From the NCBI GenBank assembly GCA_963665115.1, contig OY762007.1:7968001-8032000 (forward strand): a DNA stretch of 64,000 nt. The letters run 5' to 3'. The notes beneath the pieces are model-generated. The model was given only the letters and a program-made list of their open reading frames with translations. It was not told the origin of the DNA and searched no databases. The DNA comes from an uncultured Rivularia sp. GTDB lineage: Bacteria > Cyanobacteriota > Cyanobacteriia > Cyanobacteriales > Nostocaceae. Both the position numbers and the translations under genes were made by a program. This document shows, one piece after another, positions 41,439-53,082 of the stretch (positions within the stretch are counted from its first letter, which is position 1; the number at the start of each line of letters is the position of its first letter).

Positions 41439-42953
41439 ATGACATTCCGCGAAGAGTTTAAATTACTACTACGCGCTCGCTATTCTTTAATTTATATTCC
41501 TACTCAGGAAGAAGAGCGTCTAGAAGCCGTAATCCGGGAAGAAGCTACTAAACAAGGCAATCGTCAGGTATACACTTGGGATTTTGTTGACGGTTATCAA
41601 GGTAATCCTAACGATGCCGGTTTCGGCAGACGCAATCCTCTACAAGCTTTGGAATTTGTAGAAAAATTACACGCTTCCGCACCTGCTATATTAATTCTCC
41701 GGGATTTTCATAGATTTTTGGATGATGTGGCAATTTCTCGCAAACTCCGCAATTTAGCGCGTTTATTAAAATCGCAACCAAAAAATATTGTCATACTTTC
41801 ACCGCGTGTTGCTATTCCCGATGATTTAACCGAAGTGTTGACGGTGGTAGAGTTCGCTTTACCTAGCGCTACAGAAATACAAACCGAAATTGAAAGACTA
41901 TTAGCCGACACTAATAATTCTCTGCCAAATCAAGTTTTAAATGAATTAGTTCGTTCCGCTCAAGGCTTGAGTATGGAAAGGATTCGCCGCGTTTTGTCAA
42001 GGGCGATCGCCGCACGTGGAGAATTACAAGCGGAAGATGTGGAGTTAGTTTTACAGGAAAAGCGTCAAACCATCCGTCAAACTCAAATCCTCGATTTTAT
42101 CCCGGCTACAGAACAAATTTCCGATATCGGCGGATTGGATAATCTCAAAGATTGGTTATTAAGAAGAGGTGGTGGCTTCAGCGAAAAAGCCAGACAATAC
42201 GGTTTACCACATCCGAGGGGTTTGCTGTTGGTAGGAATTCAAGGCACTGGTAAATCATTAACCGCAAAGGCGATCGCTCATCACTGGCATTTACCTTTAT
42301 TACGCTTGGATGTGGGAAGATTATTTGGCGGCTTAGTAGGTGAATCGGAATCGCGTACTCGTCAAATGATACAGGTATCCGAAGCGCTGGCTCCTTGTAT
42401 CCTATGGATAGATGAAATAGACAAAGCGTTTTCCGGACTCGGTAGCAAAGGCGACGGTGGAACCACTAGCCGAGTATTTGGTACATTTATTACTTGGATG
42501 GCGGAAAAAACTTCACCCGTTTTTGTAGTTGCTACCGCGAATGAAATTCAAGAATTACCACCGGAATTATTGCGTAAAGGTAGATTCGATGAAATATTCT
42601 TCGTCGGCTTACCAATTCAAGAAGAAAGAAAAGCCATTTTCAACGTACACTTATCGCGATTGCGTCCTCACAATATCAAAGAATACGATATTGATAGATT
42701 AGCCTACGAAACACCCGATTTTTCCGGTGCAGAAATTGAGCAAACGTTAATTGAAGCAATGCACATTGGTTTTAGCCAAAATCGCGATTTTACTACAGAC
42801 GATATTTTAGGAGCTGCGAGTCAAATTATACCTTTAGCCAGAACCGCTCAAGAAAAAATCGAGCAACTGCGTCAATGGGCTGCTTCCGGAAGGGCGCGTC
42901 TTGCATCCAAACATAATCCTTTGAGTGACAGGATTCAACAACAGTTGCAGTAA
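41439..42953 (+). CDS. ycf46: Ycf46-family AAA ATPase
   Basis: GIQGTGKS, LWIDEIDK, LRKGRFDEIFFV; Ycf46-type N-terminus. Confidence 0.85.
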   Translation: MTFREEFKLLLRARYSLIYIPTQEEERLEAVIREEATKQGNRQVYTWDFVDGYQGNPNDAGFGRRNPLQALEFVEKLHASAPAILILRDFHRFLDDVAISRKLRNLARLLKSQPKNIVILSPRVAIPDDLTEVLTVVEFALPSATEIQTEIERLLADTNNSLPNQVLNELVRSAQGLSMERIRRVLSRAIAARGELQAEDVELVLQEKRQTIRQTQILDFIPATEQISDIGGLDNLKDWLLRRGGGFSEKARQYGLPHPRGLLLVGIQGTGKSLTAKAIAHHWHLPLLRLDVGRLFGGLVGESESRTRQMIQVSEALAPCILWIDEIDKAFSGLGSKGDGGTTSRVFGTFITWMAEKTSPVFVVATANEIQELPPELLRKGRFDEIFFVGLPIQEERKAIFNVHLSRLRPHNIKEYDIDRLAYETPDFSGAEIEQTLIEAMHIGFSQNRDFTTDDILGAASQIIPLARTAQEKIEQLRQWAASGRARLASKHNPLSDRIQQQLQ

Positions 42954-43322
42954 GGGGATTGGGAATTGGGCATTGGGCATTGGGAATAGGGAGATGGTGA
43001 GTCCACTCGCGTGGGGTCGGTTCCCTCCATTGAGCGAAGTGGCGTTAGCGCAGCGAGGCGTTAGCCTTACCCGAAGGGGGAGATGAGGAGATGAAGAACA
43101 TTTTACAAAACAATTGTAGTGGGAGCATCTTGCTCCCCGATCGCTCTTTCAAATACCCAATTACCAATTACCAATGCCCCATGCCCCATGCCCAATTCCC
43201 CATGCCCAATGCCCCATTCCCAATTCCCAACTGTTCGTTTATGATTGAGAATTTAATAGTTAAGGGTTATAATTCTTCACTCATAAGTTTATTAGTCTAA
43301 CTTTTTGTAACAGGTAAATACT

Positions 43323-43814
43323 ATGTTGTCTAACATACTAAAAATAATACTTGGTGTTTTCTTAGCGATAGCTATTTTAGTGGGTGGTAGTGCTGCACTA
43401 GCGATTTATTTTATGAATCGAACTTCTATTACTCCTCCAAAACCTGTTTTTTCTAATGATAAAGCTGCGGTGAAAGCGCAAGCTGCAAAAACTCCTACTC
43501 CTGGCGCAACTACTGCTAATTCTCAGACGAAAACTGCTCCAAAACCAAAACCTACTCCGACAAAATCGGCATCAGAAGAACAAGAAAAGCCATTACCTCC
43601 AGGTGCTTATCCCGCAACTGTAACTTGGCCTCAAGGTTTAATTTTGAGAGCGGAACCAGAAGTTAATGCAGAACGTCTAGGTGGTATTGGGTTTAAAGCA
43701 AAAGTTGTAGTTTTAGAATTAAGCAATGATAAAGTTTGGCAGAAGATTCGTATCGAAGATAGTGGGAAAGAAGCTTGGGTAAAAGCGGGTAATACCAAGA
43801 AAGTAGAGGAATAA
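43323..43814 (+). CDS. Membrane-anchored SH3b-domain protein
   Basis: N-terminal TM, Pro/Thr linker, GLILRAEP...WQKIR...WVKAGN. Confidence 0.8.
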   Translation: MLSNILKIILGVFLAIAILVGGSAALAIYFMNRTSITPPKPVFSNDKAAVKAQAAKTPTPGATTANSQTKTAPKPKPTPTKSASEEQEKPLPPGAYPATVTWPQGLILRAEPEVNAERLGGIGFKAKVVVLELSNDKVWQKIRIEDSGKEAWVKAGNTKKVEE

Positions 43815-44450
43815 ATTCTCTTCGCTTTGTACGGAGTTCAGTTCCTGATTTTTTATTTATACAAAGCATCCCGGCTACAAATACATTGGACGAGGTTGAG
43901 ACTCGACTCGAAAGGGCTAACGATTAAAGTTTAAAAGTTAAGTGAAAATTATAGTATTATAATTTCATAATTTTTTTAGCAGTACTTAAATAGGACTTAA
44001 TCTAATTGTATATAAAAGTTAAAAAAGTATTATTTACTCCAACATTGAAAAATAATTTCATGTATAATTCCAACATCTATTACACAAAAGTACGCGCGTG
44101 ATTACTTAAAGTATAGGTGATTTACTTTAATATCTGGTATATTTTGTATGGGTGCATAAAAAACTAGAAATATCAATAGTTCATTGCATCGGTATTAAGG
44201 ATTCTAAAATCGTAAAGCTGCGAATAATTAAACGCAGTTGCGATTAATAGTAAAGCTAATGTCTTAGAAAGTCATCGTTAGTAACGGTAGAAGTCATATT
44301 ACATCAAGTCAGGTAAATCTAATAGAAGACAGCATCTTGTAAAGAATCGCCCTTCTGTAGTAGTTTGTCAAAAACTACTCATATAAATTGCAAAAAAATT
44401 CTTCCTGTGAGGTGAATACTATAACAGGGAATTTCTTTAACTTAAAAACG

Positions 44451-46052
44451 ATGAAAAAAATCGGTTCCGATCGCCAAAATTTAGCGGAGAAAGCACCTTT
44501 CAATGATGAGGTTGTTTCCGTCAAAGTTGATTTCAAGTTATTTGCCGATATTCGTGAAAAAATGTCTAACAATAGCAGACTTGCTCTACCTTGGATATCT
44601 GTTGTAACAACTCTAACGATACTGGGAAGCTCAAGCGAAGTTTTGGCTTTACAAAGGGGAGATAATAATTCTCAAGTTAAGAATGTTCAGAGTTGTTTAA
44701 AAAGGTTGGGTTATTTTAATGGTCCGGTAAACGGTAATTTCGCTTCTATGACAGAAACTGCCGTGAGAAAATTTCAGCGAGCTAATGGGATATCAGATAT
44801 CGGAAAAGTAGGCCCTAGAACCCAAGCTGCATTGCAACGCAGGTGTGGTAGTGGAGGTAGAACTGTTTCTGCAAACGATTGTCAGCGCGGGCTTAGAAAC
44901 GGTTGCGATGGTACTGCTGTAAGAGAGTTGCAACGCAATTTAAGAACTCTGGGCGTTTATAATGGCCCAGTCACTGGTCGATTTCGCGAACTAACTAGGA
45001 ATGCAGTTGTTAATTTTCAAAGACGGAATGGCATAAATCCCATTGGTGTTGCGGGGCCTCAAACTCAACGAGCAATACGTTTAGCGTTAAACCCACGACG
45101 ACAAGTCAATCCACCCTCTAATACAAATCTTCCCGGTCGTTTTTGCGATTATAGAAGAGAAATTATTCGCTTCGGCTGTAGAGGTGACTGGGTAAGACAG
45201 TTACAGCAAAGATTAAAGACTTTAAATTACTTTAGTGGAAATCCTACTGGCTATTTTGGTCAAATCACTAGAAATGCTGTAGTTAAATTTCAGCAAGACA
45301 ATCGCCTCCCTACTACTGGAACAGTAGATTCAGTTACTTGGGGCAGAATCGTAAATAGCCAAACAGTTTCTACTTCTACAACTATTTTACCGCCTAGTAT
45401 TATCACAATTGGTACCAGGGGTCCTCAAGTTACAACTTTACAGCAAAATTTGAAGCAGTTGGGTTATTTTTACGGAAACCCTACAGGCTTTTACGATAAA
45501 TCTACTCAAGAAGCTGTAGTACGATTCCAGCAAAGTTACGGTTTACCAATGACTGGAAATCTAGATCCGCGTACTTCTCAAACAATAATTCAAGTATTGA
45601 GAAGTAGTAGAGGAGGCATGGGAGGGAGTTCGGACTTTGAGCCAATTTATCCCGGTGATAACAATCCAAGAGTTGAAAAACTGCAAGAGCGTTTGCTGGA
45701 ATTAGGATTACTAAAAGCAAATCCCACTGGTTATTTCGGTCCTTTTACTAGAGAAGGTTTGCTTGCATTCCAACGATATCAAGGATTATCCGAAACTGGC
45801 TTTGTAAACGAGCCAACTTGGGAAAAACTGGGGTTTAACAGTTCTCGCAATAAACGTTATGTAATAGTTGTACCTTTGCGAAGTCCAGATGTTTACAATC
45901 AAGTACTTCAATACGTACCTTCAGCCCAAGTTGGAAAATCCAAATTAGGAGATTTTGTCAACGCAGGAGAGTATAACGAGCGCGATCGAGCACAAAGACA
46001 ATCTCAATTTTTGCGCGATCGCGGTTTTGATGCCAGAGTGCAGTATTTTTAG
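44451..46052 (+). CDS. Protein with five peptidoglycan-binding domains and a SPOR-like C-terminus (start uncertain)
   Basis: Five GxxGxxVxxLQxxLxxLGY..G.F...T..AV..FQ units. Confidence 0.85.
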   Translation: MKKIGSDRQNLAEKAPFNDEVVSVKVDFKLFADIREKMSNNSRLALPWISVVTTLTILGSSSEVLALQRGDNNSQVKNVQSCLKRLGYFNGPVNGNFASMTETAVRKFQRANGISDIGKVGPRTQAALQRRCGSGGRTVSANDCQRGLRNGCDGTAVRELQRNLRTLGVYNGPVTGRFRELTRNAVVNFQRRNGINPIGVAGPQTQRAIRLALNPRRQVNPPSNTNLPGRFCDYRREIIRFGCRGDWVRQLQQRLKTLNYFSGNPTGYFGQITRNAVVKFQQDNRLPTTGTVDSVTWGRIVNSQTVSTSTTILPPSIITIGTRGPQVTTLQQNLKQLGYFYGNPTGFYDKSTQEAVVRFQQSYGLPMTGNLDPRTSQTIIQVLRSSRGGMGGSSDFEPIYPGDNNPRVEKLQERLLELGLLKANPTGYFGPFTREGLLAFQRYQGLSETGFVNEPTWEKLGFNSSRNKRYVIVVPLRSPDVYNQVLQYVPSAQVGKSKLGDFVNAGEYNERDRAQRQSQFLRDRGFDARVQYF

Positions 46053-46172
46053 GATTAAGAGGGGATGGGGAGAGCAGGGGAAGCTGAGGAAACCAAGGAG
46101 GCAGGAGAAGCAATTAATTTTATTTGTTAATTATTTATTTTCTACCTCCGCTGCCTCCGCTCCTAACTATTC

Positions 46173-49058
46173 TTAAGCTGCTAAAACAGAGCTACTAATC
46201 AATCGAGATTTAGATTTTAATAATAATTTTGTAGCTTCTTGGGCGCAAACAGCAGGACTAAAAAGATTTCCCTGCATTAGTTCGCATTCCAGAATTCTTA
46301 ATAAATTGCGTTGTTGTTCGGTTTCTACACCTTCAGCAACAACAGAAAGATTTAGTCCATGTGCTAAAGCAATCATTGCTGTAACGATCGCAGCATCGTT
46401 AGTCTCATTAGTTAAATCTTGCACAAAAGAGCGATCAATTTTCAAGCAGTGAATCGGAAACTGTTTGAGATAATTAAACGAACAATACCCGGTTCCAAAA
46501 TCATCTATAGATATAGAAACACCCATATTATATAACTCGGTTAAAATCTCTTTACTGAAATCAACATTTTGCATCGCAGCACTTTCAGTTATTTCCAACT
46601 CAAGATATTGTGCAGATAATTGAGTTTCAGTTAATATACGCCGCACGGTATCAACTAAGTCTGGTTGCAGAAATTGTCTTGCTGACAAATTAACCGCTAC
46701 TGCCACAGATGGATTACCCAAAATATTTTGCCAAATTTTGTTTTGGGCACAGGCAGTTCTTAAAACCCATTCGCTCATAGGTACAATAAGTCCAGTTTCT
46801 TCAGCAATAGGAATAAACTTGCTAGGAGAAATTAATCCATATTTTGGATGTTGCCAGCGTAGTAAAGCCTCGAATTTACAAATTTCTCCTGTAGTGATAT
46901 CAACTTGAGGTTGGTAATACAACCTTAATTCATCTCGCTCCATAGCATAATACAAGCTATTTTCTAAATTAAGTAATTCTGAAGCTTGAGAATTAATAGT
47001 CGAATTATAAATTTGATAGTGGTTTCTTCCTTCCAATTTTGCGCGATTTAATGCAGCATCCGCATTTTTAATTAAAGTTTCTCCATCGTTTGCATGGTTG
47101 GGATAAACAGCAATCCCAATGCTCGCACTGATATGTAAAAGATGATTGTCAATCAAAAATGCTGGTTTTAAAGCGTCTAGAATTTCTTCGGCAACACGAG
47201 CAGCATCTCGCGCATCACCGATCTCAGATAAAAGCAAAGTGAATTCATCACCCCCCCATCGAGCAATTGTATCTATCGGACTCAAACACCTATTCAAACG
47301 TTGAGCAACGCTTTGTAACAGTTTGTCACCTGTTTTATGACCTAATGTTTCGTTGATAGTTTTAAATCTATCTAAATCCAAAAAACATACGGCAACGTTA
47401 TTATTGCTCAAATTAGCTTTGATTAAAGACTCCAGCAGTCGTTCGCAAAACTGCATTTTATTGGGTAAATTGGTTAAAAGATCGTGATTGGCTTGATGTC
47501 GTATTTTCGCCTCTGCTTGAAAACGTTCGCTGATATCCCGAAAACTCCATACCCTACCTACAATTTCACTACCAATGTATTGCGGTTGCGAATAACGCTC
47601 GAATGTTCTGCCATCCTTAAATTCAATCCAATCGTAAATTTCAGCAGCGGGATAAGCTTCTAACTGCGAAGTACAAATCAAATATTCTTTCTTGTCTTTT
47701 AGCTGATTGGTTGCGAATTCTAATACTTGTGTATGGTTCCCAGATTTCATTAACGATTTAGGAATACCCCACATTTGCACAAGCTTATGATTGTAGCCAG
47801 AAATGCAACCTTTACTATCTACTAATAAAATACCGTCAGCAGTAGTTTCTAATGTTGTTTTTTGTAAAGAAAGGGATTTTTCTAATTCTTTCTGTATGTC
47901 CTTATTTTTAGCAACCTCTTGGTGTAATTCAACGGTACGGCAATTAACTTTCTCTTCTAATTCTGAATTTATATTTTGAAACTTTTTAATACTTTTATAT
48001 AAACACTGTTTTGTAATTAAGTTTTTGTAAGCAAGAGAAATAGCAAGAACTGTAGCTTGCAAAAACTTAATTTCTGTTGATTGCCACACTCGATCTTCTA
48101 AACAGTATTCCAACCCGATAAAACCGAAAAACTCACCATTAACTATAAATGGTAAAAGTAAGATTGAAACAATTCCTCTAGCTTCAAAAAACCGTTGTTC
48201 TTCAGGACTAACTTCTGTTAAATTGCTCCAAGTAATATCGCCTCTGACTAATCTCTGTGCCAAATTAGGAAAAATTTCTGCAATTGGTTTGTTTCGCAGC
48301 GGCATTTTATCGGCTTGAGATACAGTCGCAGTATCGTACCACTCAGCTTTTTGATCTATTAATAAATCATCATTTTTAGATCGATGAGCTTCACATATAT
48401 AAATTCGATGAGGCTTATAAGCTAATCTTAAAATTGACAGAATTTCTGTATAGCATTCATCGCTACCATCAAAAGTTTGCAAAGCAGTTTCTACATTAAT
48501 AAGTGCTTCTAGGTAAGCTTGATTATTTGCCCTAATCACTTTTACATCATCTTGACTACTGATTTGACTTTGCTCGTTTGCATGAGACTCTGGCTGGCTT
48601 TCAAAATCAATAAATTCGAGATTACCAGAAGTCCCAATCATTTCTCCTTGGTTATCTAATAAAGCTCGCATACGAATTTTTACAACACAAATATCGCCGT
48701 AAAAAGTTTTGTAGTGAGTTTTGTATACGCTTTCTTCTATATGTTGTGCTTTCAGAATTTTAAATAATTCTAAATTGTATAAATACTCGCAAGGATGAAC
48801 GTAATCAAGAAAATTCTTTCCAATACTCTGTGCAACAGTAAATCCAGTTAATTCATTCCAGATTGAACTAAGAAATGTCCATCTTCCCGAACTATCTGTT
48901 TCAAACAGTATCTCTTTATCAATGTGAGATACCCGATCGAGTTTATCGCTGCAAGTTGCTAGTAAATTATTTTGGGAAACTCGACAAGGAATCTGTCGAT
49001 TTGCCTTTCTCAGCTTGAGTAGTGTTTGTAATTTATGTTTTGTCATGTAAGAACACAC
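46173..49058 (-). CDS. PAS-GAF-PAS-GGDEF-EAL diguanylate cyclase/phosphodiesterase
   Basis: RWGGDEF, FEALLRW and DDFGTGY motifs; PAS and GAF segments. Confidence 0.92.
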   Translation of the reverse strand: MCSYMTKHKLQTLLKLRKANRQIPCRVSQNNLLATCSDKLDRVSHIDKEILFETDSSGRWTFLSSIWNELTGFTVAQSIGKNFLDYVHPCEYLYNLELFKILKAQHIEESVYKTHYKTFYGDICVVKIRMRALLDNQGEMIGTSGNLEFIDFESQPESHANEQSQISSQDDVKVIRANNQAYLEALINVETALQTFDGSDECYTEILSILRLAYKPHRIYICEAHRSKNDDLLIDQKAEWYDTATVSQADKMPLRNKPIAEIFPNLAQRLVRGDITWSNLTEVSPEEQRFFEARGIVSILLLPFIVNGEFFGFIGLEYCLEDRVWQSTEIKFLQATVLAISLAYKNLITKQCLYKSIKKFQNINSELEEKVNCRTVELHQEVAKNKDIQKELEKSLSLQKTTLETTADGILLVDSKGCISGYNHKLVQMWGIPKSLMKSGNHTQVLEFATNQLKDKKEYLICTSQLEAYPAAEIYDWIEFKDGRTFERYSQPQYIGSEIVGRVWSFRDISERFQAEAKIRHQANHDLLTNLPNKMQFCERLLESLIKANLSNNNVAVCFLDLDRFKTINETLGHKTGDKLLQSVAQRLNRCLSPIDTIARWGGDEFTLLLSEIGDARDAARVAEEILDALKPAFLIDNHLLHISASIGIAVYPNHANDGETLIKNADAALNRAKLEGRNHYQIYNSTINSQASELLNLENSLYYAMERDELRLYYQPQVDITTGEICKFEALLRWQHPKYGLISPSKFIPIAEETGLIVPMSEWVLRTACAQNKIWQNILGNPSVAVAVNLSARQFLQPDLVDTVRRILTETQLSAQYLELEITESAAMQNVDFSKEILTELYNMGVSISIDDFGTGYCSFNYLKQFPIHCLKIDRSFVQDLTNETNDAAIVTAMIALAHGLNLSVVAEGVETEQQRNLLRILECELMQGNLFSPAVCAQEATKLLLKSKSRLISSSVLAA

Positions 49059-50654
49059 CAGTCTCGCTCACAAGCAGTTAAGTTAACCAACTATTAGTGG
49101 CATCATCGTACTTTCTGATAGCGGTAAATACTTTATATATATCTATAATTAAATAAATTAAAATAAACAATAAAATTAAATTTTAGCCTACGATCTTTTT
49201 TTGCTACTACTTCTTAATATACAGATAATTAAATTATCTATATTTTTATGCAATTGTATCCGATGTTATGAAGCATTTACAATTCGCGTTGTTATTGTAT
49301 TCAAAATTATTAAAATATCATATTTACGCTCCAAAGAAAATTTTATATGCCAAAAAGATAGATGGCGAACGCTATTTTTTTATTTCTTATTATACTTTAT
49401 ATCTCTTGTTCAACCATACTCGCAACCATTTCATTTTTTAACCTTAGTTTATACGAAGATAGATATCTTTCTAATTAGGGCTTGTTTTTATGAATTCGAT
49501 TACTTTACCACTGAATCAAGCTGCTATTGACTATACCTCTATAAAGAAATTAAGTGCAATACTTCTTACTCCTTAGTTTTTATAACAATTATTTCATTTC
49601 CATTAAATAGGCTAAAAACTTATTTACCCACGTTATAAAAGTAGTTATATAAATAAGGTGTTGAAGTAATTAAATAATTAAGGATGACTTGTCATGTTAG
49701 ACAGACATAACTAAAATTGCTTGTTATATTATGTTTGAATCAAATTCAATACCAAGCTCGAATCAGTTAACTACAATCTTCAACAAAAAGTATACCAAAC
49801 AACTTATACTGGTGTATAGAGAGAAAATACTGAAGTCTATAACTTTAGATAGATAATGCTTTGCCCTAAATAAATAGCTTTAAACAAACTGTTAAAGAAG
49901 CAGTTGCTGTGAATATAGCTTTGAAGTAATAATTATATTTTTTGAGAAGGAACGGTAATATTTGTAACCATTTTATTCAAGGTTTTATGCTTGTTTGCCT
50001 GAAAACGTATTAGCTTTCCTTCCTTGACCGATTAAAAATATTACGATATTAAGATGATGCAACTATAGCTCAAAGTAGTCAACATTTATGCCTTGCCAAA
50101 AAAGTGTTTACGGGAAGTTGTCTCTACACAAATATTGCTCCACTAGAGCCTTAGCAATACATCCCTTCTATGCTTATAAGTTTATTAAACCCATGCCATG
50201 ATGACACGCTTTAAATTAATAGTTGTCTATTGAAAATTTTGCACAAAGCTCGGGAAGAGAAGTTATGCGGGAGATAATGTTTTCTTAAGCTCAGCTTTAT
50301 CTTACTTTATGAGAAGAACGGAGGGGTATTCCACGTATGAACGCAAGAGAATATCTATACACTCAACTCCCACTAAATATAAAATCGCATTACCGCTATT
50401 CTTCTTATTTTATTCGATTATCTGTAATCATCAAGTCAATTTGTGTATTTCTTAAATAGATAAAAGTAATACGGAGTTATTAGCTTGTTCAACATGAAAT
50501 CATATTTTTAGTACAAATTAAATTTTTTGATTGTAGAAAAATATCACTATACTCCGATGCAATAATCCAAGACAAAAAATACTTGGGTCGAATGTAATTT
50601 AAACGACTTATCCTGGTAAAATCTTGCAGAACTTAAAGTTAAATAGAGGTTAAT

Positions 50655-52397
50655 ATGAGACACGAAAAACTTTCTCCCGGAATATTGTTAGCTTACGAGA
50701 ACTATCAGAGAGAAGGAGCAAGGGCATTAACAACTCACAAACGTTCGCTTGGTATAGTTTCTCCTAGAAGCACTTTGAAGCCAATTCGTAGTGTAGTTTT
50801 TATCTACTGTGATGAACAAGCAGACTTGAGTCATTTATCTGAATACGGTATTGAGATCAATCAAAATAGTGGTAGAGTCAGAACCGCTTTTGTACCTATT
50901 GAAAGTTTAGGTCGTTTATCCGAAGAACCAGCTATCGAGCGTATTAAGCCATCGCGGAAATTACATTGGCGCATGGATGTTGCACCGGAGAAAGTAGAAT
51001 TACCGCAGTTTCAGCAAAAAAAATCAAAACTAAGCGGTAAAGGTGTAGTCATCGGTGTTATAGATAGCGGTATCGATTCGGCACATCCTGCTTTCGCCGG
51101 ACGTATTTTACGTATTTGGGATCAAACATTATCGGGTAAAGGAGTTGCAGAAGGTGGTTACGGTGCCGAACTAGAAGACAAATATTTAGCAATGTCTCTC
51201 GATACTGACGGACATGGTACTCATGTGGCAGGTATTGCTGGCGGTTCCGATAAAGAGTTTTGCGGGGTTGCACCAGAAGCGCAATTTATTATTGTTAAAA
51301 CCGACTTACAGGATGCTCACATTGCTGATGCAGTTCGCTATGTTTTTCGAGTAGCTAGCGAAATGGGGCTTCCGGCAGTAGTGAATCTTAGCTTGGGCGG
51401 ACACGCTGATGGTCATGATGGTACCGATTCTCTCTCAAAAATTATCAACGCCCAAACTGGTCCGGGAAGAATTGTTTGCACTGCTGCGGGTAACGAAGGT
51501 AATGACAATATTCACGGTCAAACCAATGTTACCCCTGGTGAAATGAGTACCATGCGTTTTTCTGCACCATTAAATCAAGTAGGAATAGTATGGTTAAACG
51601 GTTGGTATTCTAAAGATTCGGAATTAGAAGTTTCGCTACGGAGTCCCAATGGTTTTGTTACACCTTTTCAACCAGTTATTACTGACGATAATCCTTCACA
51701 AGAATATAACTTATCAGATGCACGAATAGAAATAGTCACACCGGGCAAAGACCCCATGAACGGCGATTACAATTTCTTCGTGCAAATACGCGGTACTGGT
51801 GACAAACAATTCAATCAACCCGTACCCGGTGGTGTATGGCAGTTACGGTTACGCAACAAATCTTCAAAAGAAACCCGTGTGGACGTTTGGACTCTAGATG
51901 ATGTAAGTTCTGTATTTTTTACAGGTAAAAGTATTGCTGATTCGGTGAAAATTGGTTCTCCCGGATGTGCCGAAAGTGGTGTTACAGTTGGTTCTTATAC
52001 TACAAAGGCTAAGTATACTGACATTGATGGTAAAGAACGGGAAATGGGCTTAGAGCTAGATACTATTTCAGAATTTAGCAGTGAAGGACCTTTACGAAAT
52101 GATGCTCAAAAGCCGGATATTGCCGCACCCGGAGCAATGATAGTCTCAGCCCTTTCTAGCGATGCCAGCTTGGATAGGTCGATGATTATTAATTCTAAGT
52201 TTGTGGCATTAGCAGGTACAAGTATGGCAACTCCTTTTGTTACTGGCTTAGTAGCACTACTATTGCAGCGCAACCCCAAACTCAATCCAAAAGCCTTGAA
52301 AGAACTGCTCTACAAAAATAGCTCTATTCCAGGAAAACAAAAAGGAGCATTTGATAAGAAATGGGGGTTTGGGTTGATTAATGCAGAAAATCTTTAA
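50655..52397 (+). CDS. S8 subtilase with N-terminal propeptide and an inserted domain; no signal peptide seen
   Basis: Triad motifs VIDSG, HGTHVAG and GTSMATP; oxyanion AAGNEG. Confidence 0.92.
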   Translation: MRHEKLSPGILLAYENYQREGARALTTHKRSLGIVSPRSTLKPIRSVVFIYCDEQADLSHLSEYGIEINQNSGRVRTAFVPIESLGRLSEEPAIERIKPSRKLHWRMDVAPEKVELPQFQQKKSKLSGKGVVIGVIDSGIDSAHPAFAGRILRIWDQTLSGKGVAEGGYGAELEDKYLAMSLDTDGHGTHVAGIAGGSDKEFCGVAPEAQFIIVKTDLQDAHIADAVRYVFRVASEMGLPAVVNLSLGGHADGHDGTDSLSKIINAQTGPGRIVCTAAGNEGNDNIHGQTNVTPGEMSTMRFSAPLNQVGIVWLNGWYSKDSELEVSLRSPNGFVTPFQPVITDDNPSQEYNLSDARIEIVTPGKDPMNGDYNFFVQIRGTGDKQFNQPVPGGVWQLRLRNKSSKETRVDVWTLDDVSSVFFTGKSIADSVKIGSPGCAESGVTVGSYTTKAKYTDIDGKEREMGLELDTISEFSSEGPLRNDAQKPDIAAPGAMIVSALSSDASLDRSMIINSKFVALAGTSMATPFVTGLVALLLQRNPKLNPKALKELLYKNSSIPGKQKGAFDKKWGFGLINAENL

Positions 52398-52580
52398 ATT
52401 TTGGGAATTAGGAGAATTAACTCCTAACTCTTAACTCCTAACTATTCTTCAAATATTTTTAAGCCGATCAATTTAATTCAGGTCTACATAAAGATGGATT
52501 GGAATCGACTTTATACTTGATAGGCTTAAAAAGGGGCAAGTAAGATCACTATTACCTGCCCTTAATTCATTAAACAGTTT

Positions 52581-52856
52581 ATGAACTTTACTAAGCTAGA
52601 TACCGCTCTTATATTGGCTATAAAAAAAATTCAAGATCGCTCGATACCTTGTTTAGTCGTTTTTATTCATACCCAATCAGCTATAGACTCTACAGCAACT
52701 ACTGTTTTAGAAGGTTTTGGTATCACTGGTATCACGGCGCAAAAAGATGTGTTTACAGCGACACTATCGCTCAACGCAGTTGCTCAACTTTCAGAACAAC
52801 CTTGGGTGAAGTATCTGAAGCTTTCTCAGAAATTGCGTTTTGCGAGCGGGGATTAG
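52581..52856 (+). CDS. Stand-alone homolog of the subtilase propeptide (I9-inhibitor-like), 91 aa
   Basis: Aligns by eye with residues 1-104 of the upstream subtilase. Confidence 0.7.
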   Translation: MNFTKLDTALILAIKKIQDRSIPCLVVFIHTQSAIDSTATTVLEGFGITGITAQKDVFTATLSLNAVAQLSEQPWVKYLKLSQKLRFASGD

Positions 52857-53082
52857 AAATAGTCAAAATGTAGTTGCTTGATAATTTTTAATGTCAATTA
52901 ATACATTCTTTTCTATTCTGAAATTATTAAAATAATTATTGAAAGTCTTATTCTCACTAGGGTGATAGTGTTTTCGAGTGTTTTCATTAACTTACCTTAA
53001 TCTTTGATTTTCCCTGTACGAGCTGTCACACACAGTCATAAACTGATTAGTGAGAGCTTCAAGGCAGTCTGGAGAAATATAA

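Noticed and set aside
42996..43080. GC-rich stretch after ycf46 as an ncRNA
   Set aside because: It is embedded in heptamer repeats and looks like fragments of small dispersed repeats; no RNA family could be supported.
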